64,000 nt of DNA from Nanobdellota archaeon (GCA_038046265.1 JBBSWN010000010.1:7693-71692); one strand, 5' to 3'. Positions 41,545 through 50,755 are shown, numbered from the stretch's first letter. A program made the numbers and translations. The notes: generated by a model not told the origin, from the letters alone.

Positions 41545-42858
41545 TTATTTATCTATTATTTCTGCGTAGCCAATCAATCTCCATCTGTCACCAAATCTTC
41601 TTGATATTGTAACTCTATCTGTTTTTGAGCAACATACAGAGAGTTTTAAGTTAACATGAGCAAGGCCTTTTTTCAAGTCATCTATAATACCAACTGTCAC
41701 ACTAGAATTAATGTTTAACATTAAAGGTTCAAGCTTTCTTAACGGGTCTACGTTTAGTTCTTCTTTTGTTCCAACCACTCTTTTTAACAAGAATGGCTTT
41801 AAAGTGAAGGAATTCCAGACATCTGGAAGCTTTCCTTTTAATCCAAGGACGTTTCCAGACAACTGGTCTGCTTTTACTATTGAAGGATCAAGCATTGTTA
41901 AAATTCCTACTGAACCACCTGGCTTTATTTCCTTTACTTCATCACCACCTGATTTCAAGGAAATTATTTTTGCTGATATTGGTTTATATGTTAATTTGCC
42001 TTCTTTCTCTATTTTTAGGCCTGGCTTTATTTCAATTTCATCATTTAGTTTTAAAATTCCTTTTTTTAAACCGCCGCCAAGAACACCACCTTTCAAGCTT
42101 TCAATTTTGGAGCCTGGCTTATTTATATCAAAGCTTCTTACAATAAACATTAAAGGATTATCTTTTTCATTTCTTACAGGAGTTTTTATTGCTTCTTCTA
42201 TTGCCTGTATTAATGCATCTATGTTTGTGTTGTGCTGGGCTGAAATTGGGATTATTAAAGCTGATTCTGCTATTGTTCCTTTTATGAATTCTTTTATTTG
42301 CTTGTAATTTTCTAGAGCTTCTTCATCACTAACTAAATCTATTTTATTCTGGGCTATTACAATATTTTTTATTCCTGAAATTTCCAGTGCCATTAAATGC
42401 TCTCTTGTCTGGGGTTGAGGGCATTTTTCATTTGCAGCTATCAGTAAAATAGCACCATCCATTATAGCTGCTCCTGAAAGCATTGTTGCCATTAAAGTTT
42501 CATGACCAGGAGCATCAACAAAAGAAACTTTTCTCAAGAATTTAGTTTCTTTTGATTTACAAAAAGGACATACTGGAGAATTTGTATATTTTTTGCATTT
42601 CAAGCACTGATAAAAAGATGCGTCTGCATAACCAATCCTAATTGTAATTCCTTTTTTTAATTCTTCTGAATGGGTGTCTGTCCATTTTCCTGTAAGAGTT
42701 TTAACTAATGTGGTTTTGCCGTTGTCAACTTGACCCACGGTGCCAATATTAACTTCTGGCTGGACAAATTCCTGTTTGTGAACTGATTTTTCTTCTACTT
42801 TAGTTTTCTTTATTTCTATTGTTTTTACTTCTTCTGTTTGTTTCTTAGGTCTGGGCAT
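41545..42858 (-). CDS. eif2g: translation initiation factor aIF-2 gamma subunit
   Basis: GTPase G1 NIGTVGQVDNGKTTL, zinc ribbon CLKCKK...CPFCKS, beta-barrel domains. Confidence 0.8.
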   Translation of the reverse strand: MPRPKKQTEEVKTIEIKKTKVEEKSVHKQEFVQPEVNIGTVGQVDNGKTTLVKTLTGKWTDTHSEELKKGITIRIGYADASFYQCLKCKKYTNSPVCPFCKSKETKFLRKVSFVDAPGHETLMATMLSGAAIMDGAILLIAANEKCPQPQTREHLMALEISGIKNIVIAQNKIDLVSDEEALENYKQIKEFIKGTIAESALIIPISAQHNTNIDALIQAIEEAIKTPVRNEKDNPLMFIVRSFDINKPGSKIESLKGGVLGGGLKKGILKLNDEIEIKPGLKIEKEGKLTYKPISAKIISLKSGGDEVKEIKPGGSVGILTMLDPSIVKADQLSGNVLGLKGKLPDVWNSFTLKPFLLKRVVGTKEELNVDPLRKLEPLMLNINSSVTVGIIDDLKKGLAHVNLKLSVCCSKTDRVTISRRFGDRWRLIGYAEIIDK

Positions 42859-42903
42859 TTTTCAATAGAATTTCAAAATTTTTGGTATTTAATACTTTCT
42901 GAG

Positions 42904-42967
42904 AACCCTTTTAAGAAAAGCGTTCACGGAAAAAGAACCCTTTTAAGAAAAAGCTTCACCAAAAATG
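42904..42967 (+). promoter_or_regulatory. two tandem dispersed-motif copies (AACCCTTTTAAGAAAAGCGTTCACGGAAAAAG / AACCCTTTTAAGAAAAAGCTTCACCAAAAATG)
   Basis: Motif family; lies in the divergent region between aIF2-gamma and the four-gene operon. Confidence 0.4.
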
Positions 42968-43024
42968 AGTTTGATTTTTTTTGAATAATAAGGTTTAAAA
43001 AGAAAGATTTTAAAGAAAATACTC

Positions 43025-43357
43025 ATGTTTTCAGAAGTAAATGTTACAGGAATTCCGGAATATGGTGTTTATGGAGAATATTTTCTTAGAGTAGATAGGA
43101 TTTTAGTCAATCCTGAAAATCCTAAAGATGAAAAATATGTTAGAGATTCTGGATTGAGAGCTATTGATGGACATTTTCGTGCACGTTTAGGCAATATAGA
43201 AGTTGAAACTTTGGAAGGAGTTATTTATTTTCAAACAGGAGATAATTTGGCTGATTTTAAAGGGAAGTTCAAAATTACAAAAAAGAGCAGGAAAAGTGAC
43301 AATTTAGATTTAGCTTTGTGTTGGGAAGGTTGCCATCAAGGAAGTAAAAATGTTTGA
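43025..43357 (+). CDS. hypothetical small protein (operon gene 1 of 4)
   Basis: 110 aa; 8-nt overlap with the next gene. Confidence 0.4.
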   Translation: MFSEVNVTGIPEYGVYGEYFLRVDRILVNPENPKDEKYVRDSGLRAIDGHFRARLGNIEVETLEGVIYFQTGDNLADFKGKFKITKKSRKSDNLDLALCWEGCHQGSKNV

Positions 43358-43655
43358 GACTCAGGAAAATTTATTGAAAGGAATAAAAGTGGAGGAAAGA
43401 AGGGAAAAAGCAGATATGCTAGAGGGTAAAGTAGATATTCCCTTTAATGGAAATCCTAAGACTGTTGTGGATTTAGTTGAATTAAAATTAAGGGAAAAAC
43501 ATAAAGATGGAGTTTTAGGGTATGAAGTTTTTGGTTTAAGAGCTAATTCTGATAATGGTGAAAGAAGAGTGACTTTTACTTACAGGTTATTTTTAAGAGA
43601 GAGTGATTCTTGTTATGTTGAAATTGATGGAGAGAAAATTTTAATTGATATTTAA
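43350..43655 (+). CDS. hypothetical small protein (operon gene 2 of 4)
   Basis: 101 aa; 11-nt overlap with the next gene. Confidence 0.4.
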   Translation: MFETQENLLKGIKVEERREKADMLEGKVDIPFNGNPKTVVDLVELKLREKHKDGVLGYEVFGLRANSDNGERRVTFTYRLFLRESDSCYVEIDGEKILIDI

Positions 43656-44028
43656 AATGGCTTTAGGAAAAAATAAATTGGAAGAGTTAGCAAGAGAAGG
43701 GAATATTGTTAATGTGAGACTTAGCTTAGCTAATGTTGGAATATTTTCTTTTGAACTTCCTAGGAGAGAAGAAAGAGAGAATTTTACACTAGGACAGCTG
43801 AAAGAACACAGAACAGGAGCCAAGGCTTTTAAGGAAATAGAAAAAGCTGCTGAAGCATTTCTTAAGAAAGAATATAATGGAAGGTATGTTGAGTTAAAAG
43901 CTGATTTAGGTCAAGCTGTTATATTAGAAGATTCTGGCAATGATGACAGATCTGAACTTTATGATGTTGTTTGTTCATACAAAGTTGTTTTGAAACCTAA
44001 AAAACAAGAAGTTGGATTTGGAGATTAA
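43645..44028 (+). CDS. hypothetical small protein (operon gene 3 of 4)
   Basis: 127 aa; 2-nt gap to the next gene. Confidence 0.4.
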   Translation: MIFKMALGKNKLEELAREGNIVNVRLSLANVGIFSFELPRREERENFTLGQLKEHRTGAKAFKEIEKAAEAFLKKEYNGRYVELKADLGQAVILEDSGNDDRSELYDVVCSYKVVLKPKKQEVGFGD

Positions 44029-44030
44029 AT

Positions 44031-44348
44031 ATGAAAGGAAAGTTTTCAGCAGGAGAAGTTTTTATTGACAGAATTAAAGTTGAAACAGTTGAAAGAATAG
44101 AGTACAGGGCCAGACTAGCAAGAGTTAGGCTTTCAGAAGGACTTCCAAGAAGCGGAGAAGATTTTTTACAGCTACAGAGGCATTTGAGACTAAAATTGGA
44201 TGAACAAGTGATGAGAGAATATAAAGAGAGAGTGATTTCTGTTGACCCTCCTTTAGGAATAATTCTTAGCTGCAAAGAAAATGAATTACATAAAGGAGAG
44301 TATGATATAAGCGCGACTTATTTTGTTTCTGTTGAAAAGAAGAAATAA
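44031..44348 (+). CDS. hypothetical small protein (operon gene 4 of 4)
   Basis: 105 aa, Arg-rich. Confidence 0.4.
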   Translation: MKGKFSAGEVFIDRIKVETVERIEYRARLARVRLSEGLPRSGEDFLQLQRHLRLKLDEQVMREYKERVISVDPPLGIILSCKENELHKGEYDISATYFVSVEKKK

Positions 44349-44352
44349 CTTT

Positions 44353-45000
44353 TTAGAAACCGTATTTTCCTTTTAAAGGAACAAAAACAAACTGCCCCAA
44401 GTTTTCTTTTTTAATTTCGTTTTTTAATTTCGTTATTTTTATCATACTTTGTTCATACAAGCTTCCAATTGGAGCAATCAAGATGCCGTTGTTTTTTAAC
44501 TGCTTAATTAGATCATAGGGAATTTTAGAGCAGGCTGCTGTCACTATGATTTTGTTATAAGGACTTTCTTTTTTGTAACCTTTGTTGCCGTCTGCTATAA
44601 TTATTTTTACGTTTTTAATTTCTGCTTTTTTTAAATTTGATTTTGCAAATTTTGCTAGTTCTTTGTCAAATTCTACTGAGAAGACTTTTGTTTTTGTTAT
44701 ATTTTGGATTAGGGCTGAGTTCCATCCTGAACCAGAGCCTATTTCAAGGACTTTATCTTTTTCTTTTAAGTTTAAGTTTTGGAGCATAAAAGCAACTGTG
44801 TATGGCTGAGATATGGATTGGGAGAGAATTGGGAGGGCCTGGTCTTCATAAGCTAGATTTTTTAGTTCTTCTGGGACAAAAAGATGCCTAGGTATGTTCT
44901 TTATAGCTTCCAGCACTTTTTTATCTGTAATTCCTTTGATTTCAAGGTCTTCAAGCATATGAATTAAAGTCATTTTTATAACTACTAAAGATAATAACAC
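44353..45000 (-). CDS. pcm: protein-L-isoaspartate O-methyltransferase
   Basis: SQPYTVAFMLQ ... VLEIGSGSGWNSAL SAM-binding motif. Confidence 0.7.
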   Translation of the reverse strand: MLLSLVVIKMTLIHMLEDLEIKGITDKKVLEAIKNIPRHLFVPEELKNLAYEDQALPILSQSISQPYTVAFMLQNLNLKEKDKVLEIGSGSGWNSALIQNITKTKVFSVEFDKELAKFAKSNLKKAEIKNVKIIIADGNKGYKKESPYNKIIVTAACSKIPYDLIKQLKNNGILIAPIGSLYEQSMIKITKLKNEIKKENLGQFVFVPLKGKYGF

Positions 45001-45046
45001 AATGTTTATATATTTTTTATTGTTTTAGATGAGGTGAGGGGAATTA

Positions 45047-47191
45047 ATGAATAATATTTTTTGGTTTAATGAGATTTCTGACAGTGATCTAGAGAAAGTA
45101 GGAAGAAAAGCAGTAAACATCAGCAAGGTTTTCAACAAAAATCTGCCTGTGCCTAATGGTTTCTGCATTTCAAAAGATTTTTTCAACAAGTTTCAGGAAG
45201 AGACAAAAATAAAGGAGAGAATTATAGAATTATTGGGAAAATTAAATTTAAGTGATTTAAATTCCTTGTATAGTGTTTCTGAGAAAATACAGGAAATAAT
45301 TGTAAACACAAACATGCCTAGTTACTTAAGGTATGAAATAATAAATGCTTATGAAAACATGAGTGTCAATATTGATGTTTACAGGACAGCAAGCAAACAG
45401 GCATTGGAAATAATAAAAGCTGGAAGAGAAACTCCAGTTGTTGTGATAAGGCCTTCCTTGATTAATGAATCTGTAAACCACCAGCCGAATATATTGAATG
45501 TAAAAGGAAAAGAAGAATTGGTAAAGGCTGTGCAAAAGTGCTGGGCTTTTTTGTTTACTCCAAATTCATTAAACTTAAAAATAAAAAACAAGGTGGCTTT
45601 GGATTTTTGCGAAATATGCGTTGTTGTTCAAAAAATGGTTGACTGCGAGAAGTCTGGAATTATTTACACTTCTAATTTAGAGAAAAGAGACAAGGATGAA
45701 ATTGTAATAGAAGCCTGCTTTGGGCAGAGCGAAGTTTTGAGCACAGGATCTATTATTCCAGATAAGTATGTTGTTGAAAAAAATTCATTTGAGATAAAGG
45801 AAAAAAATCTTAATTCTCAGGCATTTATGCTAGTAAAAGATGAGAACATAGGAAGAAATGTAAAAAGAAGCTTGTTTAATGCAAATGAGCAAAAGTTAAA
45901 TGATGAAGAAATCAAGAAAATAAGCGCTTTTGCTTTAGATATTGAAGGATTGTATAATGAACCCCAGGAAATTGAATTTGCTCTGGCAAAGGACAAGATA
46001 TTTATCTTGCAGGCTAAGCCTTTGTTATTTTTTAAAGAAGAGGTTGACCAGCTAGAAGAGGAATTAAAAGAAGAAAATGTTTTAGTCAGGGGATTAAATG
46101 CAAGCTTAGGTGTAGGAAAAGGATATGTTAACATAATAAATGATGAAAATGAATTAGGGAATATACAGGAAAACCAAGTGTTAGTTTTAAGGTCAAGCGA
46201 GTTAGTGAATTTAAATTTAATTGATACTGAACAGCTTAGAAAAGTTTCTGGGATTATTACAGACAATGACACAATTGACAGCTATCTTGCAAAACTTTCA
46301 AGAGAATTTGGAATTCCGTGCATTGTGAGCGCGGCAAATTCAACAAGTGTTTTAAAACAAAACCAGTTTGTAACTATAGATGCAAACACTGGAATAGTTT
46401 ATGAGGATAATTTAGCAGAGAAAAAACCAAGCAAGACAATTGATTATTATGACACAGCAACTGAAGTAAAGGTTTTTATAGATGATATTGAAAAAATTAA
46501 ACCAGATTCTGATAGAAATTACGGGGTTGGATTATTGAAAATTAATTTTAGTAATTATGATAATGATTCAATTAATTATTTGGAGAATGAAATTTTGGCA
46601 AGGATAAATTATTTCAAGGAAAAACCAGTGTGGTATTATGCGGATTTTTCAGATTTGGATTTATTAAAAACACAGTTTGAATGCATTAAGAGATTACAAG
46701 ACAAGAGAATTACTAATATAGGTGTGGCTTTGGGAAATGTAACTGAGGTTTCTGCCTTAAAAAGAGCAAAGGAATTATTCAAAGAAATTAATTTAGAGCC
46801 TTTGGAGGAAATTGAATTTGGGGTTGTTATTGATACGCCTGCTTCTTCTATTTTAATAAAAGAAATATGCGAAGAGGGAGTGGATTTTGTTATAGTTGAT
46901 TTAGAGAAATTAAGCAAGATGACTTTAGGCAATGATAATGAATATCATCCTGCTGTTTTAAGACAGATTACAAATATAGTAAAAACATGCAGAAAAAATG
47001 ACACTGAGACTAGTATTTTTGGGAGGATGACTTCTGAGCCTGAATTTATTGAGCTTTTGATTAAAAACGGAATAGACAGCATTATTTGTGATGTGAACAA
47101 GGTTAATGAGACAAAGGGGAAAATAGCTAAAACAGAGAGAAAGTTGATTTTAAACAAGGTTAGGGAAGAGTATCATAGCCAGCAACTATAA
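45047..47191 (+). CDS. PEP synthase / pyruvate-phosphate-dikinase-like protein lacking the phospho-carrier His
   Basis: N-terminal PPDK_N-like ATP-grasp region; central mobile-domain-like GIITDNDTIDSYLAKLSREFGIPCIVS where the consensus is GGRTSHAAIIARELGIPAVVG. Confidence 0.5.
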   Translation: MNNIFWFNEISDSDLEKVGRKAVNISKVFNKNLPVPNGFCISKDFFNKFQEETKIKERIIELLGKLNLSDLNSLYSVSEKIQEIIVNTNMPSYLRYEIINAYENMSVNIDVYRTASKQALEIIKAGRETPVVVIRPSLINESVNHQPNILNVKGKEELVKAVQKCWAFLFTPNSLNLKIKNKVALDFCEICVVVQKMVDCEKSGIIYTSNLEKRDKDEIVIEACFGQSEVLSTGSIIPDKYVVEKNSFEIKEKNLNSQAFMLVKDENIGRNVKRSLFNANEQKLNDEEIKKISAFALDIEGLYNEPQEIEFALAKDKIFILQAKPLLFFKEEVDQLEEELKEENVLVRGLNASLGVGKGYVNIINDENELGNIQENQVLVLRSSELVNLNLIDTEQLRKVSGIITDNDTIDSYLAKLSREFGIPCIVSAANSTSVLKQNQFVTIDANTGIVYEDNLAEKKPSKTIDYYDTATEVKVFIDDIEKIKPDSDRNYGVGLLKINFSNYDNDSINYLENEILARINYFKEKPVWYYADFSDLDLLKTQFECIKRLQDKRITNIGVALGNVTEVSALKRAKELFKEINLEPLEEIEFGVVIDTPASSILIKEICEEGVDFVIVDLEKLSKMTLGNDNEYHPAVLRQITNIVKTCRKNDTETSIFGRMTSEPEFIELLIKNGIDSIICDVNKVNETKGKIAKTERKLILNKVREEYHSQQL

Positions 47192-47225
47192 TGTTACCAC
47201 TTTAAAGTATTGACATAACGAAAGG

Positions 47226-47235
47226 TTTATAAATA
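47226..47235 (+). promoter_or_regulatory. TATA box TTTATAAATA; GGAGG RBS lies at 47280-47284
   Basis: Canonical archaeal promoter spacing ahead of the 47295 gene. Confidence 0.35.
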
Positions 47236-47294
47236 GAGAATTCTACTTAAATCTAATTATAATTAAAATAAAATTAATGGAGGAATAAAAGAAA

Positions 47295-47678
47295 ATGCCA
47301 CCAGCAGCAGGACCAACTCCTGCAGAACAAAGAATAAATTTAGGCCGATTATTGAAGAAAATAGAGAAATCTAAACAATTTGTAGACTTTTCTTCAAGAA
47401 TTGAAGAGGCAGTTACTGAAAATGTACTAACTCCTGGACAAGCAGATGCTTTTAGAGATTTGTTATCTGAAGCTTATGGCCAAAGTTCTTTTGAAGATCA
47501 AGCAGAACTTTTGGGTAGGTTAGGTAATGGTATTAAGACAGAGATTTGTTATGAACTTTCTAGGAGAGGAAAGTTAGTAACTATTGATCCAGCAGATTTA
47601 GATGCTGTAGCAGTCAGAAGAGATACTTATGTCTCTGCAGGCAGAAAGTGGTACAGCAAGAACAAAGAAAGTCTTTAG
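47295..47678 (+). CDS. hypothetical protein, GC-richer codon usage
   Basis: 127 aa; TATA and SD upstream; composition unlike the flanks. Confidence 0.4.
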   Translation: MPPAAGPTPAEQRINLGRLLKKIEKSKQFVDFSSRIEEAVTENVLTPGQADAFRDLLSEAYGQSSFEDQAELLGRLGNGIKTEICYELSRRGKLVTIDPADLDAVAVRRDTYVSAGRKWYSKNKESL

Positions 47679-47709
47679 ATTTTTCTTTCTTATTTTTTAT
47701 TTTTTTAAA

Positions 47710-48054
47710 ATGAGCCTAGTTAGTTTAGCAACATCTGGGACAGGAGATCCTGAGGTGGACAGAGCTATTTCTTTATGGAGAAAAGTGAAAGAAGACCATA
47801 AAAATTTAGCTGATATTGATGCACCAAATATTTTGACACAAGGCAGGAGAGATGATTATTTAGCGAGATTCATGAGTGCACAAGCAGTAGGCGAGGAAGT
47901 TAGGAGATGCCAGGAAATTCTGAGTGTATATGATGAATTGGAAAATGAATTTGCAGGTTATATAGCAGATAGAGTTGCTAGATCTATAAAGAATTTAAGA
48001 AGAAAAACTTATGTTGAGATTGGAAAAGTCTTATTAAAAGAAAAGGGAGTTTAG
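47710..48054 (+). CDS. hypothetical protein, GC-richer (start moved to the ATG at 47710)
   Basis: The listed 47629 start would translate an oligo-T tract; the internal ATG follows the T-rich spacer. Confidence 0.4.
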   Translation: MSLVSLATSGTGDPEVDRAISLWRKVKEDHKNLADIDAPNILTQGRRDDYLARFMSAQAVGEEVRRCQEILSVYDELENEFAGYIADRVARSIKNLRRKTYVEIGKVLLKEKGV

Positions 48055-48857
48055 TATTCTTCAATGTATTTCTGCATTCCTTTTACAAAAGCTTGGGTTA
48101 ATTCATGATAATGATCGTATTCTTTTCCTGAAATTTCTTTAATGTCTCTATGGACAATTTTCTTGAATAATGAATATAATTGGCGCATTACATCTGCATA
48201 TTTTTTGTTTATGTGGCCGTCCCTGACTAATTTTCTTTCCAGCAAGTCTGCAACATGTTCTGGACTTGGGGGGATTTCTCCTGACTTCATGAGAGCTGCA
48301 TGAGCTGCATCTATTGCTGCCCAATACAAGTCAACTGTTGCTGTAAGCAAATGCTGCTGAGATCTGTTTAAAGAAGCTGGAGCCATTGTGAAATAAGTGA
48401 AAATTGATTCTTCACTTGGCCTTATTCTTCCCTGCTCTAATAAAACCTGCAACGGATCAAAAAAACCAGTGTCAATTAATGCTACTCCTGACCTAAGAAT
48501 ATTTATTGCGACTGGGTCTCCTGCCCTTACATATTCCCAGAAAGAAGAAAATTTCATTGACTGAATATGAAGTCTTTGAGGGTCTACATTTGCAACTACT
48601 TTTTCTGTAATAATTCTGTAAGTTTCTATTAATTCTCTTGAAAATTTAACACGAACATCATCTAAGATTATTAAAATATCAATGTCTTTTTTGGGTGAAG
48701 AAGGAGTTTTAGTTGTTGAGCCAAACAGAACTAGGCCACGAATAAAGTTACCAAATTCGCTATACATTAAGCGGGCAAATTTTCTTGCTGTTTCTATGTC
48801 TTTAGAATAATATTTTTCTACGTTTCTCTGCTCTCTTTTTTCTACTTCGAATTTCAT
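48051..48857 (-). CDS. minimal nucleotidyltransferase fused to a HEPN-like C-terminal domain (KNTase-like architecture)
   Basis: LFGSTTKTPSSPKKDIDILIILDD (GS...DxD) NTase motif; C-terminal helical region ERKLVRDGH (Rx6H-like). Confidence 0.45.
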   Translation of the reverse strand: MKFEVEKREQRNVEKYYSKDIETARKFARLMYSEFGNFIRGLVLFGSTTKTPSSPKKDIDILIILDDVRVKFSRELIETYRIITEKVVANVDPQRLHIQSMKFSSFWEYVRAGDPVAINILRSGVALIDTGFFDPLQVLLEQGRIRPSEESIFTYFTMAPASLNRSQQHLLTATVDLYWAAIDAAHAALMKSGEIPPSPEHVADLLERKLVRDGHINKKYADVMRQLYSLFKKIVHRDIKEISGKEYDHYHELTQAFVKGMQKYIEEY

Positions 48858-48908
48858 ATTTACCTCTTTTTATTTAATAAAATATTGTATGTTTTTAAAT
48901 ATTACTTA

Positions 48909-50750
48909 TTATTCTAATTGGGTTTCTGACCATAATGTCCAATCTTTTGAAGGGGCAAGGTCGCCTACAAGATAAGACGGAGAGCCTGTTCTTCCGAAAT
49001 AGCTTCCTGATATGTCTGTCCATGAACTTCCAACTGAGTCTATTCTATAAATTGGTGAGCCAAGTGTTTTCCAGGCATGAGACAAGACACTTTCATCTTC
49101 TCTTTGACCCCCTGCCTCGACAACCATTTTTCCTTTAAAACCAGCTTTTGATATTTTATCTACAAATTCTTTAATAGGAGCATTTCCCTGGCCAGGAGCA
49201 ATGTGAATATCTTCATAACCAAAGTTGTCATTTATATGAACGTGGCCGATTATTTTGTCTTTTACTAATTCGTCAACTTCTTTCATCACCCATTTATTGA
49301 ATTTTTCTCCTGTTGGGTCATCTTCCTTAAACCATTTTCTCCATACATTAACGTGGCCAATGTCGAATGTTGCCTTTATTCTTTCTTCTGCTATTTTATC
49401 TGCTTCAACTTTTAAAATGTTTTTTTCCTTTACTAATTTTTGTGAGAAAGCCTGCCTGGATTTTGTAATTATATTTTTTAACTCTTTTGGATGGCCCCCA
49501 TAATATTCTGTCCAAACATTTTCTGGACAAATTACAATTGGCTTCATATCTTTAACTCCTTCTTTTTTCATCTGAGTTTCTTTATTATAACCAAACATTG
49601 CTGCTCGAGCAACTGCATCTGATGTTTTCCCCAGAGCAAATTCTTCTATTGGTTTAATATCACCTAATTTTTTCTGAGTGTCTTCAATTTTTAATTTTGC
49701 TTGGTCTGCTGCTTCAAAAGCCTGTTCTTTGATTCGTTTTGTTCTTTCTTCTATTTCTTCTACATATTTTATTGGATTTTTTAGATATTCTTTAAATTCT
49801 GGAGTTCCATATCTAGGAGCCAGAACTTCACGGGTAGATTGTTCTAATTCCCTTACAAATTCCATGGCCCTATCATGAGCTTTTTCTGGGTCTGATTTTT
49901 CCTGCTGTCTTAACTCTTTTCTTGTATTTTCCAGATATGCTGCTTCTCTTTCTATTTTTTTTGCCTGTGCTGCTTGATGACGGGCTTCGATTTCTGCAAA
50001 TTCAAGATCTTTTTGATAAATTTCCTTGAATATATATTGAGCGACGTTTTTTTCTCCTTTTTTTAATGCTTCTTCTTCGAATTCAGAAATTTTTTTCTTC
50101 TCCCATTTTTCTACAAAGCCTTCTTTTGTTCTTTTTGGGTTTTGGAAACCCCCTTCAGGAACTGATATCTCATGATCACGAGGAAGAGCTTCTATTGCGC
50201 CTGTTTTTTGATTGACAAAATAAATCGGGGCTTTTTCTTTTTCTTCAGGAAAAGCTTCAAATTCTTTTCCAGCTTCAAATGCTGCTCTTGGAAATTCCTG
50301 GGTATGAACTGCTATTGGACCGCCTCTTGCAACATCTGCTGCAAATTCAATTGTTCTTTTTAATTCTTTCAAGCTTGCTTCCTGAACTTCTTGTGAGAAA
50401 CCACGTTCTGAGAAACCTGACAAGCCAGGAGCATTTGCAGGGCTATGAGTTGTAAGTTCAATGTCATTTACTTTTGCCAACTGCCTTAATTCTTCTCTTT
50501 CTGCTTTTCCATATTGTTCTGGCGTCGGGCCTTGTGATCTTGGAGATTTTCCAGTTGCTATAAAACTTATTTCAACATTTTTTACACCTGAAAATATTTT
50601 TGCTTTTAATTCCTGCAGCTGTTCTTTGAAAGGATGAGTGGAAGTACTAATAAAATCTGTGCTAATTCCTAATGCCTGGGCGTCTTTAGGTTTGTCCAAA
50701 GAATGCCAGTAATCTGATTCCCAGTAGTTCATTTTAACCTTTTTTAACAA
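48909..50750 (-). CDS. xylose-isomerase-like TIM-barrel (AP-endonuclease-2 family) protein with a ~230-aa Glu/Lys-rich coiled-coil insertion
   Basis: N-terminal barrel strands (NVEISF, ELTTHSP, IAVHTQ); C-terminal FDIGHVNVW, GHVHINDNFG...DIHIAPGQG metal-ligand-like motifs; charged helical region in between. Confidence 0.4.
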   Translation of the reverse strand: MLKKVKMNYWESDYWHSLDKPKDAQALGISTDFISTSTHPFKEQLQELKAKIFSGVKNVEISFIATGKSPRSQGPTPEQYGKAEREELRQLAKVNDIELTTHSPANAPGLSGFSERGFSQEVQEASLKELKRTIEFAADVARGGPIAVHTQEFPRAAFEAGKEFEAFPEEKEKAPIYFVNQKTGAIEALPRDHEISVPEGGFQNPKRTKEGFVEKWEKKKISEFEEEALKKGEKNVAQYIFKEIYQKDLEFAEIEARHQAAQAKKIEREAAYLENTRKELRQQEKSDPEKAHDRAMEFVRELEQSTREVLAPRYGTPEFKEYLKNPIKYVEEIEERTKRIKEQAFEAADQAKLKIEDTQKKLGDIKPIEEFALGKTSDAVARAAMFGYNKETQMKKEGVKDMKPIVICPENVWTEYYGGHPKELKNIITKSRQAFSQKLVKEKNILKVEADKIAEERIKATFDIGHVNVWRKWFKEDDPTGEKFNKWVMKEVDELVKDKIIGHVHINDNFGYEDIHIAPGQGNAPIKEFVDKISKAGFKGKMVVEAGGQREDESVLSHAWKTLGSPIYRIDSVGSSWTDISGSYFGRTGSPSYLVGDLAPSKDWTLWSETQLE

Positions 50751-50755
50751 AAAGC

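Noticed and set aside
41711-42307. 198-aa and 88-aa + strand ORFs
   Set aside because: Antisense within the well-supported aIF2-gamma gene.
47629-47709. Listed upstream start of the 141-aa ORF
   Set aside because: It would translate an oligo-T spacer (RFFFLIFYFFK). The internal ATG at 47710 is preferred.
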